A DNA stretch of 64,000 nucleotides. It comes from Callorhinchus milii. Taxonomy: Eukaryota. The notes under the pieces are model-generated. The model was not told the origin of the DNA and did not search any database. It saw nothing but the letters and a program-made list of their open reading frames with translations. The DNA lies in assembly GCF_018977255.1 (NCBI RefSeq), contig NW_024704742.1, positions 82,586,001 to 82,650,000 on the forward strand, given 5' to 3'. Of the stretch, positions 49,930 to 61,412 are shown piece after piece. Every line of letters starts with the position of its first letter. Within the stretch, counting starts at the first letter, position 1. The position numbers were made by a program, and so were the translations under genes.

Positions 49930-52900
49930 ACGTCATAGATTAGTTTTCAGGTGAGTGCGCGCGCACAAAAAAAAAAAAAAAAAAAAAAACCTCTGCGCCC
50001 CCCCCCCCCAGGGCTCACATCAGAGCCCACTATGGTCCTGTTGGGTTCGATGCCCCAATCTGCGGGATAATGCCATCCACCTGACCGCTCGCTCCCGGTC
50101 CCCGCGTGCGCACTATGGCTGCCGCTTTGACCCGAGCCCCCTCACCCCCTCCCTCCCTCCCCCCTCCTCTCTCCCCCCAAACCCTCCCCCCTCTCCATCT
50201 CTCCCGCTCTCTCCTCCTCTCTCTCCGTCCCTCTCGTCTTCTATCCCCACTTGACCCTCCCACAACCTCCCTCTGTTCCAGTCTGGGAATCCTCCGCCGG
50301 GCTCACCGCGGCACTCGGCGTTGGCTGTCCAGCAGCAGCCACACCGACTGCCCCATTCCCCACCACACTCGCCACCCACCCCGGACACAGACCCGGGGAG
50401 TCAACCTCTCCTCCCTCATCCCCATTCCCCCCACCCCTGCCTCACAACCTGGACCCCCCTCCCCTCCCACACACCCTTCTGTCAACCGCTCCCTCCACAT
50501 CGGACTGCAAAATGTCCGCTCCCTCTGCAACAAGGCCCTGGTCATCAACGATCTCATCCTTGATGAGAACGTTGATATCATGGCCTTGACAGAAACGTGG
50601 CTCACCCCAGGCGACACCTTCCCCCTCACGGAGGCCACGCCACCCGGCTACACCTCCCACCACATCCCCCGCCCCAACCGCCGTGGCGGTGGTGTTGCCC
50701 TTATCTCAAGGACACCACTTGCCCTATCCCCCTACTCCTCTGGCTCTTTCCCCTCCTTCGAGCACCTCACCCTCTCCCACCCCTCATTCCTCTCCCTTAA
50801 AATCCTCCTCCTCTACCGGCCCCCTAAAACCTCTCCCACCTTCATCTCTGACATTTCAACACTCCTCACATCTCTTTGCCTCTCCTCTGATCGCCTCATC
50901 ATCCTGGGCGACTTTAACCTACACTTCACCCCCTCCTGCTCCATCTCCACAGACTTCTCTTCCCTGCTCTCCTCACTCAACCTTTCCCTACACATAAACT
51001 CCCCCACTCACAGTCACGGCCACCCACTCGATTTGGTGATCACCCGGGGCCTCAGTGTCTCGGATGTCACTATTACCGACAAGGCCATCTCCGACCACTA
51101 CTTCATCTCCTTCACCACCTCCACCCCCCTCCCCACCTCCACCAGACCCACCACCATCTTCTACCGCCCTTGGAAGAAGTTACCCCCACAATCCCTAACC
51201 GATGCCTTGGAGTCCTCTGAACTCCTCTCCCTCTGGCCTTCAACCCTCACCGACCCCTCTTCTCCTCTCTCCCTCCTCCACAATATCCTCTCCTCCACAC
51301 TCGATACTCTTGCCCCCATCACTTCCCGCACTGTCTCCTACTCCCGCTCCTCCCCCTGGTACACCACCCACCTCCGCTCACTGAAATGCCAGGTGCGGGC
51401 TGCTGAGCGCACCTTTGTCAAATCCGGCTTAACGGTCCACCGACAAATCTGGCTGGACCTCCTCAAAATTTACCGCTCCACTCTAGCCTCGGCCAAGTCG
51501 TCCTTCTACTCCAGGATAATCCTGGAGGCGAAGAACAACCCCAGGCTACTGTTTTCCACCACATCCCGACTCCTCCGTCCCCCCCGCCACCCCGCGCAGG
51601 TCATCTCCTCCAACCTTCACTGCGAGGAGATGCTGGATTTCCTTGAATCCAAGATCAAGGGAATCCGCTCCGCGGTCACTTCCCCTCCAACTTCCACCCA
51701 CCACCCACCCCTTCCCTCCCACACTCCGACTCCTACCCATCCTCCCCTACACACCTTCGTACCCGTTTCCCCACCCTCTGTCACTGAACTCATCCTATCC
51801 CTAAAACCAACCACCTGCTCCCTTGACCCCATCCCCACTCCACTCCTTATCTCCCAGCTCCATTTTCTTGCCCCACACATCACTGACATCATAAACCTGT
51901 CCCTCTCCTCTGGCTCTGTCCCCATTCCATTAAAAACTGCCATCATCACGCCCACCCTGAAAAAACCCTCCCTTGATGCGTCGCAGCTATCAAGCTACCG
52001 GCCCATCTCCAACCTCCCCTTTCTCTCCAAGGTCTTGGAAAGAGTTGTCGCCTCCCAACTGCGCTCTTTCCTCTCCACCCATTCTCTTTTTGAACCCCTT
52101 CAGTCAGGTTTCCGTGCTGCTCATAGCACAGAAACTGCCCTGGTCAAGGTCACCAATGATATCCTGACTATCTGTGACCAGGGCTCCCTCTGTCTCCTCG
52201 TCCTCCTCGACCTATCGGCAGCATTCGATACGGTCGACCACGCTATCCTACTCCACCGCTTGTCCTCCCACCTCAACCTTCAAGGCACTGTCCTTGAATG
52301 GTTTAGCTCTTACCTTTCCCACCGTCTTCACTTCGTCTCAACGAATGGCTTCTCCTCCACCCCCCGTACTGTCTCATGTGGTGTCCCTCAGGGCTCTGTC
52401 CTCGGTCCCCTCCTCTTCACCCTCTATATGCTCCCCCTCGGTGACATCATCCGCAAACATGGGGTTAACTTCCACATGTATGCGGATGACACCCAACTCT
52501 ACCTTTCCTCCTCTACTCTCAACTCCACGACCACCGATGTCCTGACAGCCTGCCTGTCCGACATCGAGTCCTGGACGAGAGACAACTTTCTTCAGCTCAA
52601 CGTGCGAAAAACCGAGGCCCTCCTGATTGGCTCACGTCAGCGCCTCCGCACCTCAGGCGCTGACACCATCAGCATCCAAGGCTGCACTCTCCACCTCTCA
52701 AAGCCAGTCAGGAACCTCGGCGTTTTGTTCGACCCTGAGCTGTCCTTTCTCCCTCACATCCGCACCACAACTGGCACCGCCTTCCATCACCTCCGGAATA
52801 TCGCCAGATTACGGCACTACCTCACCCCTCACGCTGCTGAAACCCTGGTTCACGCCTTTGTCACCTCAAGGCTGGACTATGGGAACTCTCTCCTCGCCGG

Positions 52901-53533
52901 CCTTCCCGCCACCTCCCTCCACAAGCTGCAGGTCATTCAGAACTCTGCAGCTCGTGTACTGTCCCGCACCAGGCTTCGGGACCACATCACTCCTACCCTC
53001 GCTCGCCTCCACTGGCTCCCCATCCCCCAGAGGATTGATTTCAAGATCCTCATCCTCACCTACAAGGCCATTCACGGCCTTGCTCCCTCCTACCTCTCCA
53101 ACCTACTATCCCCCTACCTACCTGCCCGTACCCTCCGTTCCTCTGGCTCCGGTCTGCTCCACGTCCCCCGCCCCAACCGCCCTACTATCGGTGGTCGGGC
53201 CTTCAGCCTCTCAGCCCCCAGGCTCTGGAACTCCATCCCCCAGTGCCTTCGCCTTGCTTCCTCCCTTTCCTCCTTCAAGGCCGGTCTCAAAACCTTTCTC
53301 TTTGACCGTGCCTTCAGCTCCCCTCTCGACTCTCTTCCTCCTCCTCGCTCCCTCCCTTCCCTCCCCTCACCCTGACCATTTCCCCCCTCCTCTCTCCCTC
53401 CCTTCCCTCCCCTCACCCTGACCATTTCCCCCCTGCTCGGGTCATGACCCAACTGTGCAGCGCCTTGGGACGTCCTCCTGACGTGAAAGGCGCTCTATAA
53501 ATGGAATCTTGTTGTTGTTGTTGTTGTTGTTGT
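49930..53533 (+). mobile_element. Young ~3.6 kb L2 LINE, possibly full length
   Basis: Interrupts a CR1 at ...cagagaagg|ttaagaggagacc... It has a 185-nt leader, the intact ORF, a 3' stem-loop (gcgcctt...aaggcgc, 53460-53493) and a (TTG)n tail. Confidence 0.95.
50115..53375 (+). CDS. L2-clade LINE polyprotein: apurinic-type endonuclease plus reverse transcriptase (intact ORF, 1086 aa from first ATG)
   Basis: Uninterrupted ORF (track 50106-53375 starts at GTG; first ATG at 50115). APE motifs: [45 protein letters not shown] motifs: [46 protein letters not shown]2-typical C-terminus: [30 protein letters not shown]. Confidence 0.97.
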   Translation: MAAALTRAPSPPPSLPPPLSPQTLPPLHLSRSLLLSLRPSRLLSPLDPPTTSLCSSLGILRRAHRGTRRWLSSSSHTDCPIPHHTRHPPRTQTRGVNLSSLIPIPPTPASQPGPPSPPTHPSVNRSLHIGLQNVRSLCNKALVINDLILDENVDIMALTETWLTPGDTFPLTEATPPGYTSHHIPRPNRRGGGVALISRTPLALSPYSSGSFPSFEHLTLSHPSFLSLKILLLYRPPKTSPTFISDISTLLTSLCLSSDRLIILGDFNLHFTPSCSISTDFSSLLSSLNLSLHINSPTHSHGHPLDLVITRGLSVSDVTITDKAISDHYFISFTTSTPLPTSTRPTTIFYRPWKKLPPQSLTDALESSELLSLWPSTLTDPSSPLSLLHNILSSTLDTLAPITSRTVSYSRSSPWYTTHLRSLKCQVRAAERTFVKSGLTVHRQIWLDLLKIYRSTLASAKSSFYSRIILEAKNNPRLLFSTTSRLLRPPRHPAQVISSNLHCEEMLDFLESKIKGIRSAVTSPPTSTHHPPLPSHTPTPTHPPLHTFVPVSPPSVTELILSLKPTTCSLDPIPTPLLISQLHFLAPHITDIINLSLSSGSVPIPLKTAIITPTLKKPSLDASQLSSYRPISNLPFLSKVLERVVASQLRSFLSTHSLFEPLQSGFRAAHSTETALVKVTNDILTICDQGSLCLLVLLDLSAAFDTVDHAILLHRLSSHLNLQGTVLEWFSSYLSHRLHFVSTNGFSSTPRTVSCGVPQGSVLGPLLFTLYMLPLGDIIRKHGVNFHMYADDTQLYLSSSTLNSTTTDVLTACLSDIESWTRDNFLQLNVRKTEALLIGSRQRLRTSGADTISIQGCTLHLSKPVRNLGVLFDPELSFLPHIRTTTGTAFHHLRNIARLRHYLTPHAAETLVHAFVTSRLDYGNSLLAGLPATSLHKLQVIQNSAARVLSRTRLRDHITPTLARLHWLPIPQRIDFKILILTYKAIHGLAPSYLSNLLSPYLPARTLRSSGSGLLHVPRPNRPTIGGRAFSLSAPRLWNSIPQCLRLASSLSSFKAGLKTFLFDRAFSSPLDSLPPPRSLPSLPSP

Positions 53534-53931
53534 TAAGAGGAGACCTAATAGAAGTTTTCAAAATGATGAGGGGATTCAACAGGGTGAAAAAGGAGAAACT
53601 ATTTCCACTGGCGGGTGGGTCGGTAACCCGAGGACACTGATTTAAAATAGTTGCAAAAAGAAACAGGGGAGTGAGAAGAATTTTTTTCACACAGCGAGTT
53701 GTTCGGATCTGGAATGCATTGCCTGAAAGGGTGGTGGAAACCGATTTGTTAACAACTTTTAAAGGAGAAGTAGATAATTATTTGAGGAGGACAAGTTTGC
53801 AGGGCTATGGGGAGGCAGCAGGGGGAAATGGAATTGATTTGGAAGCTCTTTTCAAAGAACCAGCACAGACATGATGGGCTGAATGGCCTACTTTTCTGTG
53901 CTGTATAATTCTATGATTCTATGATTCTATG
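53533..53931 (+). mobile_element. CR1 LINE, 3' part downstream of the L2 insertion
   Basis: Continues the CR1 frame (RGDLIEVFK; FFTQRVVRIWNALP) and ends in the CR1-typical (ATTCTATG)n tail. Confidence 0.93.
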
Positions 53932-53973
53932 TGATAAGGCGCTATATCAAATGCAAGGATTACTATTATTATT
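53932..53973 (+). mobile_element. SINE tail, right part (split by the CR1)
   Basis: tgataaggcgctatatcaaatgcaaggattactattatt matches SINE tails elsewhere, e.g. 1407-1440. Confidence 0.85.
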
Positions 53974-56096
53974 GATGGTGTTGTATGCACATTCAGCTCT
54001 TGTGGAATCTTCAGGTCACCACTGATGTCTCCGAGCCCCACGTTGCCCACAAAATGCAATCAATGCTTGCAAGAGCACTTGTCACTGAATTGTTTGTTGT
54101 CGAGTACTCTTGCCAGCATTTCGATCTGTATCTGGGGAAGCCGCTAAGATAAGGAAGCCTTTTACACCTGCACATCATGTGCAAAAAGCCCAAAAAGCCC
54201 CACTCAGCCCCAGCAGCAGGCAGTCCACAATTCATGTACTGTGGAACTACAGCATGCCCGTGTTATAGATGAACTCACAGCCTGCTGATGTCTGGTATAG
54301 TAGGGTCAGATTGTATTGTAACATTAATTTGACATAGCCAAAGGGAATAATTCACCAATTAGCACTTTCCCCTAGACCTTCAAGGCAGCATGTTTAACCT
54401 CTGATGCCTACAAAAGAGTATGGAAAGCCCACCTCAGGGCACGACAGTTACTGTCACTGAAGGCTACAACACACGCTCACCACATTAAGTTTACATGAGC
54501 TTTTTATCTCAAGCTATTTGACATCCTTACACTTACCTTGTTATTGGACTTTGTTGTCTTTCCATGTGTTTCTTTTTACCCAGACACATGAATGCACTGA
54601 TTGGTCTTTCTTCCTGTCACTTCTTCTCACTTCATAGATCAGGGCCTGTAACATGGGGAGTGTTCTAAGAAGCAATAATCATAAACCGGATTTGTTGTGT
54701 TAATTCCGAGATTTGCAAATCAAGAGTTGGGAATCCTTAACTTGAGAGGTGCCTATAAAATGCAGAACACTGTAATCATTTGTCCTTTAAGAGCCACGTG
54801 AAACCTAACTGTGAAACCTAATATTTTAACATTATTTTTTGCTAAACACAGAGCGACAGCAGGTTAAAAAAATCCCATTAAATACACGTTCCCCAAGTCA
54901 TTGCAGTCACGTTAATCTGCATTCCAAACAGCGCTCCATCTCCAATGCCAGCAAAACTTTAAATTACACCATCTGAAAATTGTGGTTAATGCTTTTATTA
55001 TTATGTTTGTCCACCTTCCCTGCCCTCCAGCAGTGACCAAGATAAGTTTAAATCCGTGCTTTGTTCTGCTCTCATCATTTATGGAGTACATGGTGCTGGC
55101 AATGCAAGATGCTCTTTGACCCTTTGTTAGTTCTATCACTCAATTCAGAAAGTTTATATTCAAACCATTCCGAGTAACAGAGTAAGACAAATGTGAGAAG
55201 CATTAACCCCTCTACCCTTCCCCTCCCCCCCACCATCCATAGTATACCAGGAAAAAAATGTTGAAGTTTATCTCCGCTAAAATAAATGTGGCAGAGATTG
55301 AGGATAGCTGTCTGGAAGGGTGCTGGATGATGTTTCCATTTAACTTTTCTGATGGGTAACAGACCTCTGGGTGGGTAGTGATTAACTAACCGCGAAGGCC
55401 TTGCCGTCCCGATTCCCACCCACCGAAGGCACATCTGGTATGACCAGGGTCCTGGCAGCAGATGCTCTCCCGCCTGCTGCACACATTCCATATTTTATAT
55501 GCATTGAGCTGCGTTGCACATTAATTCACATCAAACCATAGTGGTCAGAGAGCTGGGTCAGCGAAATGAAGATAGAAAAAGACAGAATGAGTGATAATCT
55601 GGAATCAATGCCCACAATCATTATAAAGTTTTAATAGGTCAAGCACTCCCCTCTTACTCCCTCTCCTACACCCCCCTATCGACTCTCTCATTGTATCCAT
55701 CACTCTGGGACAGGACTGCTAGATGCTACAGAAGTTGTGAACTATATTTAATAGTTTGTTCCATTAGCAAAAAGTGTGATGTTGCACAATGGACTTAATG
55801 ACATCAAATCCATTTAGAAACATTGTGTCTATGCATCCATTCGTAAAGGATATCTCTGGAAGTGAAGAATCAAAACTAACCCCTCCTCCCCACTCCACAA
55901 ACACAGAGTTTGACAATAGTTTAATAGATTGACTCTAAGCCTCCTTCCAAAATTGTTTGTCCACCACCTTAGATACCTTTAGCAGACCAATTTTTTATAT
56001 TCATGTCCGGAGCCAGCCTTTAAGTGAGGTAATAATAATAAAAATAATTTTAAGTGAGGTATTGCAGGATATACATTGGTTTATTAATAATAATAA

Positions 56097-57174
56097 GATA
56101 AATAACAATCCTTAAATTTGTATATCGCCTTTCACATCAGGAAGATGTCACAAAAAGTTTCACAGCATTTACTGTAAAGTGGTGTGACTATATTTTGTGG
56201 GCAATCGAAACAGCCAATTTGCATACAGCAATGCCCCACAGAGCCATGAAGTAAATGAGGATTGTTGACCAGGACTTTGGGAGAAATTCCCCTCTCTTTT
56301 CAAATAGTGCTATGGGATCTTTAATGTCCACCTGAATAGGCAGATGAGGTCTTGGTTTAATGTCTAATCCAAAAGGCAGACAGCACCTCCAACGCAGCAT
56401 ATCCCCAACACTGTATTGGAGTGTCAGCCTAGACTATATGAGTTCCAACAAAACACAAAATACTGCTGGAAATTTGAAACAAAACAGAAGTCGAACTTGG
56501 CAGAAGTTTGCTCACTTCAACTCTCCCTCTCATTCGCACTCTGACCTCTCCATCCACGGTCTCCTACGCTGTTCCAATCAACCACAGCTCAAGCTCGAGG
56601 AACAGCACCTCATTTATCTGTTAGGGACCTTACAGCCCTCTGGCCTCATTATTGATTTCAACAATTTCAGACCATAACAGCTCACCTTCCCCCTCCCCCT
56701 CTTTTGTGACCCACATCATCTGGGTCACAGACACACAGACACACCTTTCTCTCTCTGGTGAGTCTTTTTGTTGCAATTCTCCCCCCCACCACCCAACCCC
56801 CTTTGTTTTGCATTATTAACATTTCTACTCCCCTGATTTGTTGCAATCCCGCACTTTGTTTCGCATCATTAACACCTTTTTAACCCATCATCCCCTGTCC
56901 TCTACCCCATATTCCTTTTTGTCTTCCTTGCCCTGCCTCCCCCCTCTCTGTTAGCCCTTAAAAGCCTCTCCCTCCCAACATGCCCCACTTCTGCCAAAGG
57001 GTTGTGGACCCGAAATGTTCACTCACTTTCCTTTCTCCATAGATGCTGCCTGATCTGCTGTGTTCTCAGTGTCTTCTGTATTTGTTGTATGAGTTCCAAG
57101 CCTGACGTGGGGCTTGGACCCACAACTGTTTGACTCAGAGGTGTGAGTGCTACCAACTGAGCCAATCTGACACC
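56097..57174 (-). mobile_element. Family B SINE split by a Penelope insertion
   Basis: Tail and core at 56097-56448; head at 57088-57174 (ctgagccaatctgacacc). Confidence 0.85.
56449..57087 (+). mobile_element. Penelope-like retroelement 3' fragment (GIY-YIG C-terminus plus pLTR)
   Basis: HFNSPSHSHSDLSIHGLLRC..QLKLEEQHLIYLLGTLQPSGLIIDFNNF resembles the C-terminus of vertebrate Penelope GIY-YIG endonucleases (W/L..LGTL.P.GLN-type motif). Flanked by the direct repeat tatgagttccaa. Confidence 0.8.
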
Positions 57175-58071
57175 CTAAACCAATATTCTATATTTAGTTG
57201 CAGTCCTGAGTTGTCGATCTCAATGTTTGAGACCAAGAATAGAGCATGGAAATCTTCCAACCCAGCCATTGTACTGAAGCTCGAGGTTGAGACTGATTGT
57301 GAGATGGTGGTGGTATGTGATATCTGGAAGAAAACTAACAGGCAATGTAATGAACAAGGGAAGCATACAATTTAATCTAGGATTTGTACCCATAATTTCA
57401 TTTCGTGTGAAAATTGGGACCTGGGATGCTTTTAGTCAATTAACATAGAAAGGCGCTGTATTAAACTCAAAGGAATATCATTATCATGTTACATATCTGA
57501 ATTAACACCCCATTGTAGAAATTTTCAACTGGCGGGCTCCCCTGTATGTACAAATGGAAACACAATATATTTTAATATGTTTAATTTTTAATCTAGATAT
57601 TGCATCCCTCCCCTATCTCTGTTGATTCCATCTTTCCCTCATGTGATCCAATGGTGTCTGGTCGAAAGGATAGCTGGCCTACTTCCAATCCTCCATTGAT
57701 TGCCACTCTGGGCATGAGAAGGGCATGACAAGAATTGTGGATGGGTTGAACATCTTTGACCACCGTATAGGATAGCAATGAACTTCCTCCTCCCGCTCCT
57801 TCACTTGAGATTAGGAGACTTTAGTAAGGGGAACTGAGAGGGAAGGAACACATGCAGTCACCCTCCAGTGCAGCAGTGTATTCTTATACAGGATTAGTCA
57901 CATGCCAAAACAGTTTTAATTAGTTATACTCTGCAATCATAATGACAGATCCAAGAGCATTCAATATTTGGGGCTTTAGACTATGCCCACTGAAACTGTC
58001 ACAGCATAGATATGTGCACAGTGTTACTGCATAGGTTATTCAAAGTTTGATACTATTGCAATTACCTTACA

Positions 58072-58354
58072 TCCTTCAGATGAGATGTTAACCGAGGTCC
58101 TGTCCGCCTGTTCCAGTGGATGTTAAAGATCCCATAGGACTATTTGAAAAGAGAAGAGTGTCTCTCCTGGTGTGCTGCCCAACAATCCCTGAGATTAAAG
58201 AAATTGTTCATTCACTGTTTGTGGGACATTGCTGTGCCCAAACTGGCTGCTCGTTCGCCTACAAATACATAGACACTACACTTTACCGAAAACGCTTTGA
58301 GACATTTCAATATAATAAGGCATAAGGCACTATATTAAGTGAAAGGATTATTGT
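58072..58354 (+). mobile_element. Family B SINE 3' part
   Basis: gatgagatgttaaccgaggtcc...ggatgttaaagatccca... through to the tail. Confidence 0.75.
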
Positions 58355-60289
58355 TTTCCAGAGCAGAGGGGTGTGATACATACAGATAAATAATAGTTCT
58401 TGCATTTAATATAGTACCTTTCACATGGGGAGGACATCTCAAAGTACTTCACAGGATTTACTGTGAAGTGTTGTGACTCTGCATTTTGTCAGCAAACACA
58501 GCATGCTAATTTAAGCACAGCAATATCCCACAAATATCTTCCACCTAATCTACAAATGTTGCAGGAATGTGTGAGAGTCCTGCTCTTTTTGACTATTTTA
58601 GGAGCCAAAATAGTTTCTCCAAATCATGTAATTTGCACTCTTGTTTAATTTAATACTATTTAGTCTACAAAAGAACCTTAATTTAAACTATAAAAGATAT
58701 GCAAATGACCGGTTTTGAGACACTGAATTATTTCTCTTTAATTGACCTGTCATTGTCATTTAAACCAGCAAGTTATGAAAGAAACCGCAAGGAGTTGATT
58801 TGCGCTGGTAACTTTTATTGTTAAATTAAATTAAATGCCACCGTTCNAAAAAATTATTAAGCAGCAATTGTCTCTGTACTTCAAAGCTCACTACTGTGTC
58901 AGAACAATTGGTTTCTCATTGGAAAGTAAAATGGTAAAATCTTTGTGCAGACCAAAAACGGCAACCCACATTTCTAAACCACTCACAATCCTGTCGCTAC
59001 ACACACTTTGCACACGTATTGTGTTCTTTGCTGGTTTTAACACAAATTGCAGAAATGTTCTGCCATCATCATTAGTGGGACATTGCTGTGTTTAAAATGG
59101 ATGCCAAATTTTCCTCAAAAAAGTCACTACAATTAAAAATAAATAATAATAATAATCCTTGCATTTGATACACTTCGGGTGGACGTCTGTCTCAAAGCGC
59201 TTCACAGGACATATTGTAAAGCATAGCTACTGTGTATTTTATAGATGAACGATAATTACTTTAAAGCACTTTGAGACATTTTAGCACACAGTAAAAGGCA
59301 GTATAAATTGCATCCTGACACAGGAGTTGGGTGTTTCCTTGTACTGGCTCTGCAAAAACATGTCAATGATGTCGAAAGATGCTATATCAAATGCAAGGAT
59401 TATTGTAAGGAAGTATCAGTCACAGTAAGTTTGATTTTAAGGCAGTAATTTCATCTCAGGGCTTTCTTAGGTAGTCTGGTATTATCGGATCATCTGGATG
59501 AAATTCATGCCTTGTACTTAATTACGGGGTTCCATGGCTCTCAGCATAAATTGCAGCTATTGCGCCTGCAATTCAGAGAAACCCAATACTGGAGACCAGT
59601 ATGTCACAACCTTATTAAAGCCACTCAGCCCACCAACATTATCTCAGTTGAAACTACAGTTATTGAGATAAACTGTACTTAATAATATTTAATAAGTAAG
59701 TGTACTTAATTGTAATATTCCTTGCCTTTGATACAGCTCCTTTCAAGTTGGAAGGACATCTCAAAGCACTTCATAGGAATTACAATAAAGTGTGTATTTT
59801 GTAGGCAAGCATGGCAGCCAATTTGTGCACAGTAATGTCCCATAAACAGCCTTATAATAATGTTAGACTAATCCTCACATTTGATCTGGAGCTTTTCACA
59901 AGATTTCTTGGAGAGTGTAGTAACTGTGTATTTTGCAGGCAGACATGCAAGAAGACTGACTGATCTATTTATGAATACATTTTGCCCTGTATATGTAACC
60001 ATCTGCAAATGTAAGTCATTCAATTTAATGAAGCTCTTCCATGACGATTATGGAGTATGTGACCTTAGCTGAACCTCTTGTTTTGATTTGCTGTCTTATA
60101 ATATGCTTTAATGGCATGAATACCACTGGGAATGACATTGGTACGGATCCATTGGGAGGCTTGAAGTAGCCAGGAAATTATAGAAGTCATGATTGCTGAT
60201 CTTGAAAAAATTCTCCATCTGTCAAAAATATAGCCAAGGACAAAAGACCGAAAATTATACAAAAGAGTAGCAGAATGCAGAAGACTTGT

Positions 60290-60560
60290 AAAATGATAGA
60301 CATAGTAGGTGCATGAACTCAGATTATTGTGGAAACATAAAGGAGAAGGTTAGGATATTTTTTAACAGAAAAGGTTGTTTGGATGTGAATTGTGTTCCTG
60401 CAAGTTACTATAGAAGCCAAGTAATTGCATCATTTAAGGGGGTATTAAAAACTTGAAGAATAAAGGGATTTAAGAAAAAGCAGGAAAATGGGATTAGATA
60501 TCTCCAGCAGGGAATTAACATGGCATAGACATGATGAGTTGAATTGCGTAATCGTTTTCT
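60290..60560 (+). mobile_element. Old CR1 3' fragment
   Basis: ttttttaacagaaaaggttgtttggatgtgaat...ggcatagacatgatgagttgaat. Confidence 0.6.
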
Positions 60561-61412
60561 GTCTGAAATGTCTATATTTCAAACCCAAATGAAATAGAAA
60601 CAATGGAATGCCTTTTAGCATGTTTTACTGAATTAGGTATTGCTTTAAGATATTGAGCCAATGAAGGGGGATATTGAAACTGACCATCTTTTTGCACTGT
60701 CAACCACAAAGCCCCTGAAGATGTGATGCTGACAAATCTTATTATGACCCCAAAGCACAAGTCCTTGCAAGGCCACTCACAGAAACAAGCCCTTCCACAA
60801 ATATCTTCTGTGCAGTGAAGGGTTGCAACATATTGGGCAACATTATTGTTCATCCATTTTATGATACGTTTTGTATATTTTACAGCAAACAGTTTCTGAA
60901 TGAACACAGCTATTTCAGGGCTGGTCTGGGCTAAGCTAGTTGTTTAAAGCGACATTGGGAGGGAGTCTAAACAATGGGACAGTTGTATCTGATTGCTGTG
61001 AAATCCTCATACTCAGGGTTATCACCAGACAGAGTAAATTATCCGATGGATGGTCTGGGGCCTGAGTTCTCAGTAGGATCTGTATAGTCTGATAGTTGGA
61101 ATTTGCACTGGTTTGCTTCCTGCTTGACAGCGTTTACAATTGGTGCTGATAAATTTGCTGCTCAACATGCGGGAGTGTGCAGAGGGATGTCACGATCAGT
61201 TCTGGTGCTACTAGGGCAAGGTAGTAAAGCTATTGATGAATAGAGCTTGTTGATAAGGTGCCTCAAGTTTCATGTTAAAGTGCTTCAGTCTCCTAAATGG
61301 AAAACTCCTCTTCCATTAACCATGGCATATGAAGCTGCAACTATTACATTCCCTACATCCTCCCATCCAGCCTCCGCACCTTGACAAAATAAAATCTGCG
61401 GAATTGCATTAT

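Noticed and set aside
50030..53452. Many overlapping Pro/Ser-rich and Gly/Arg-rich ORFs on both strands
   Set aside because: Shadow frames caused by the extreme C-rich strand bias of the L2 ORF; the same applies around 8086-9358, 13066 and 14632.
58847..58847. Single N base
   Set aside because: Assembly ambiguity, not a biological feature.
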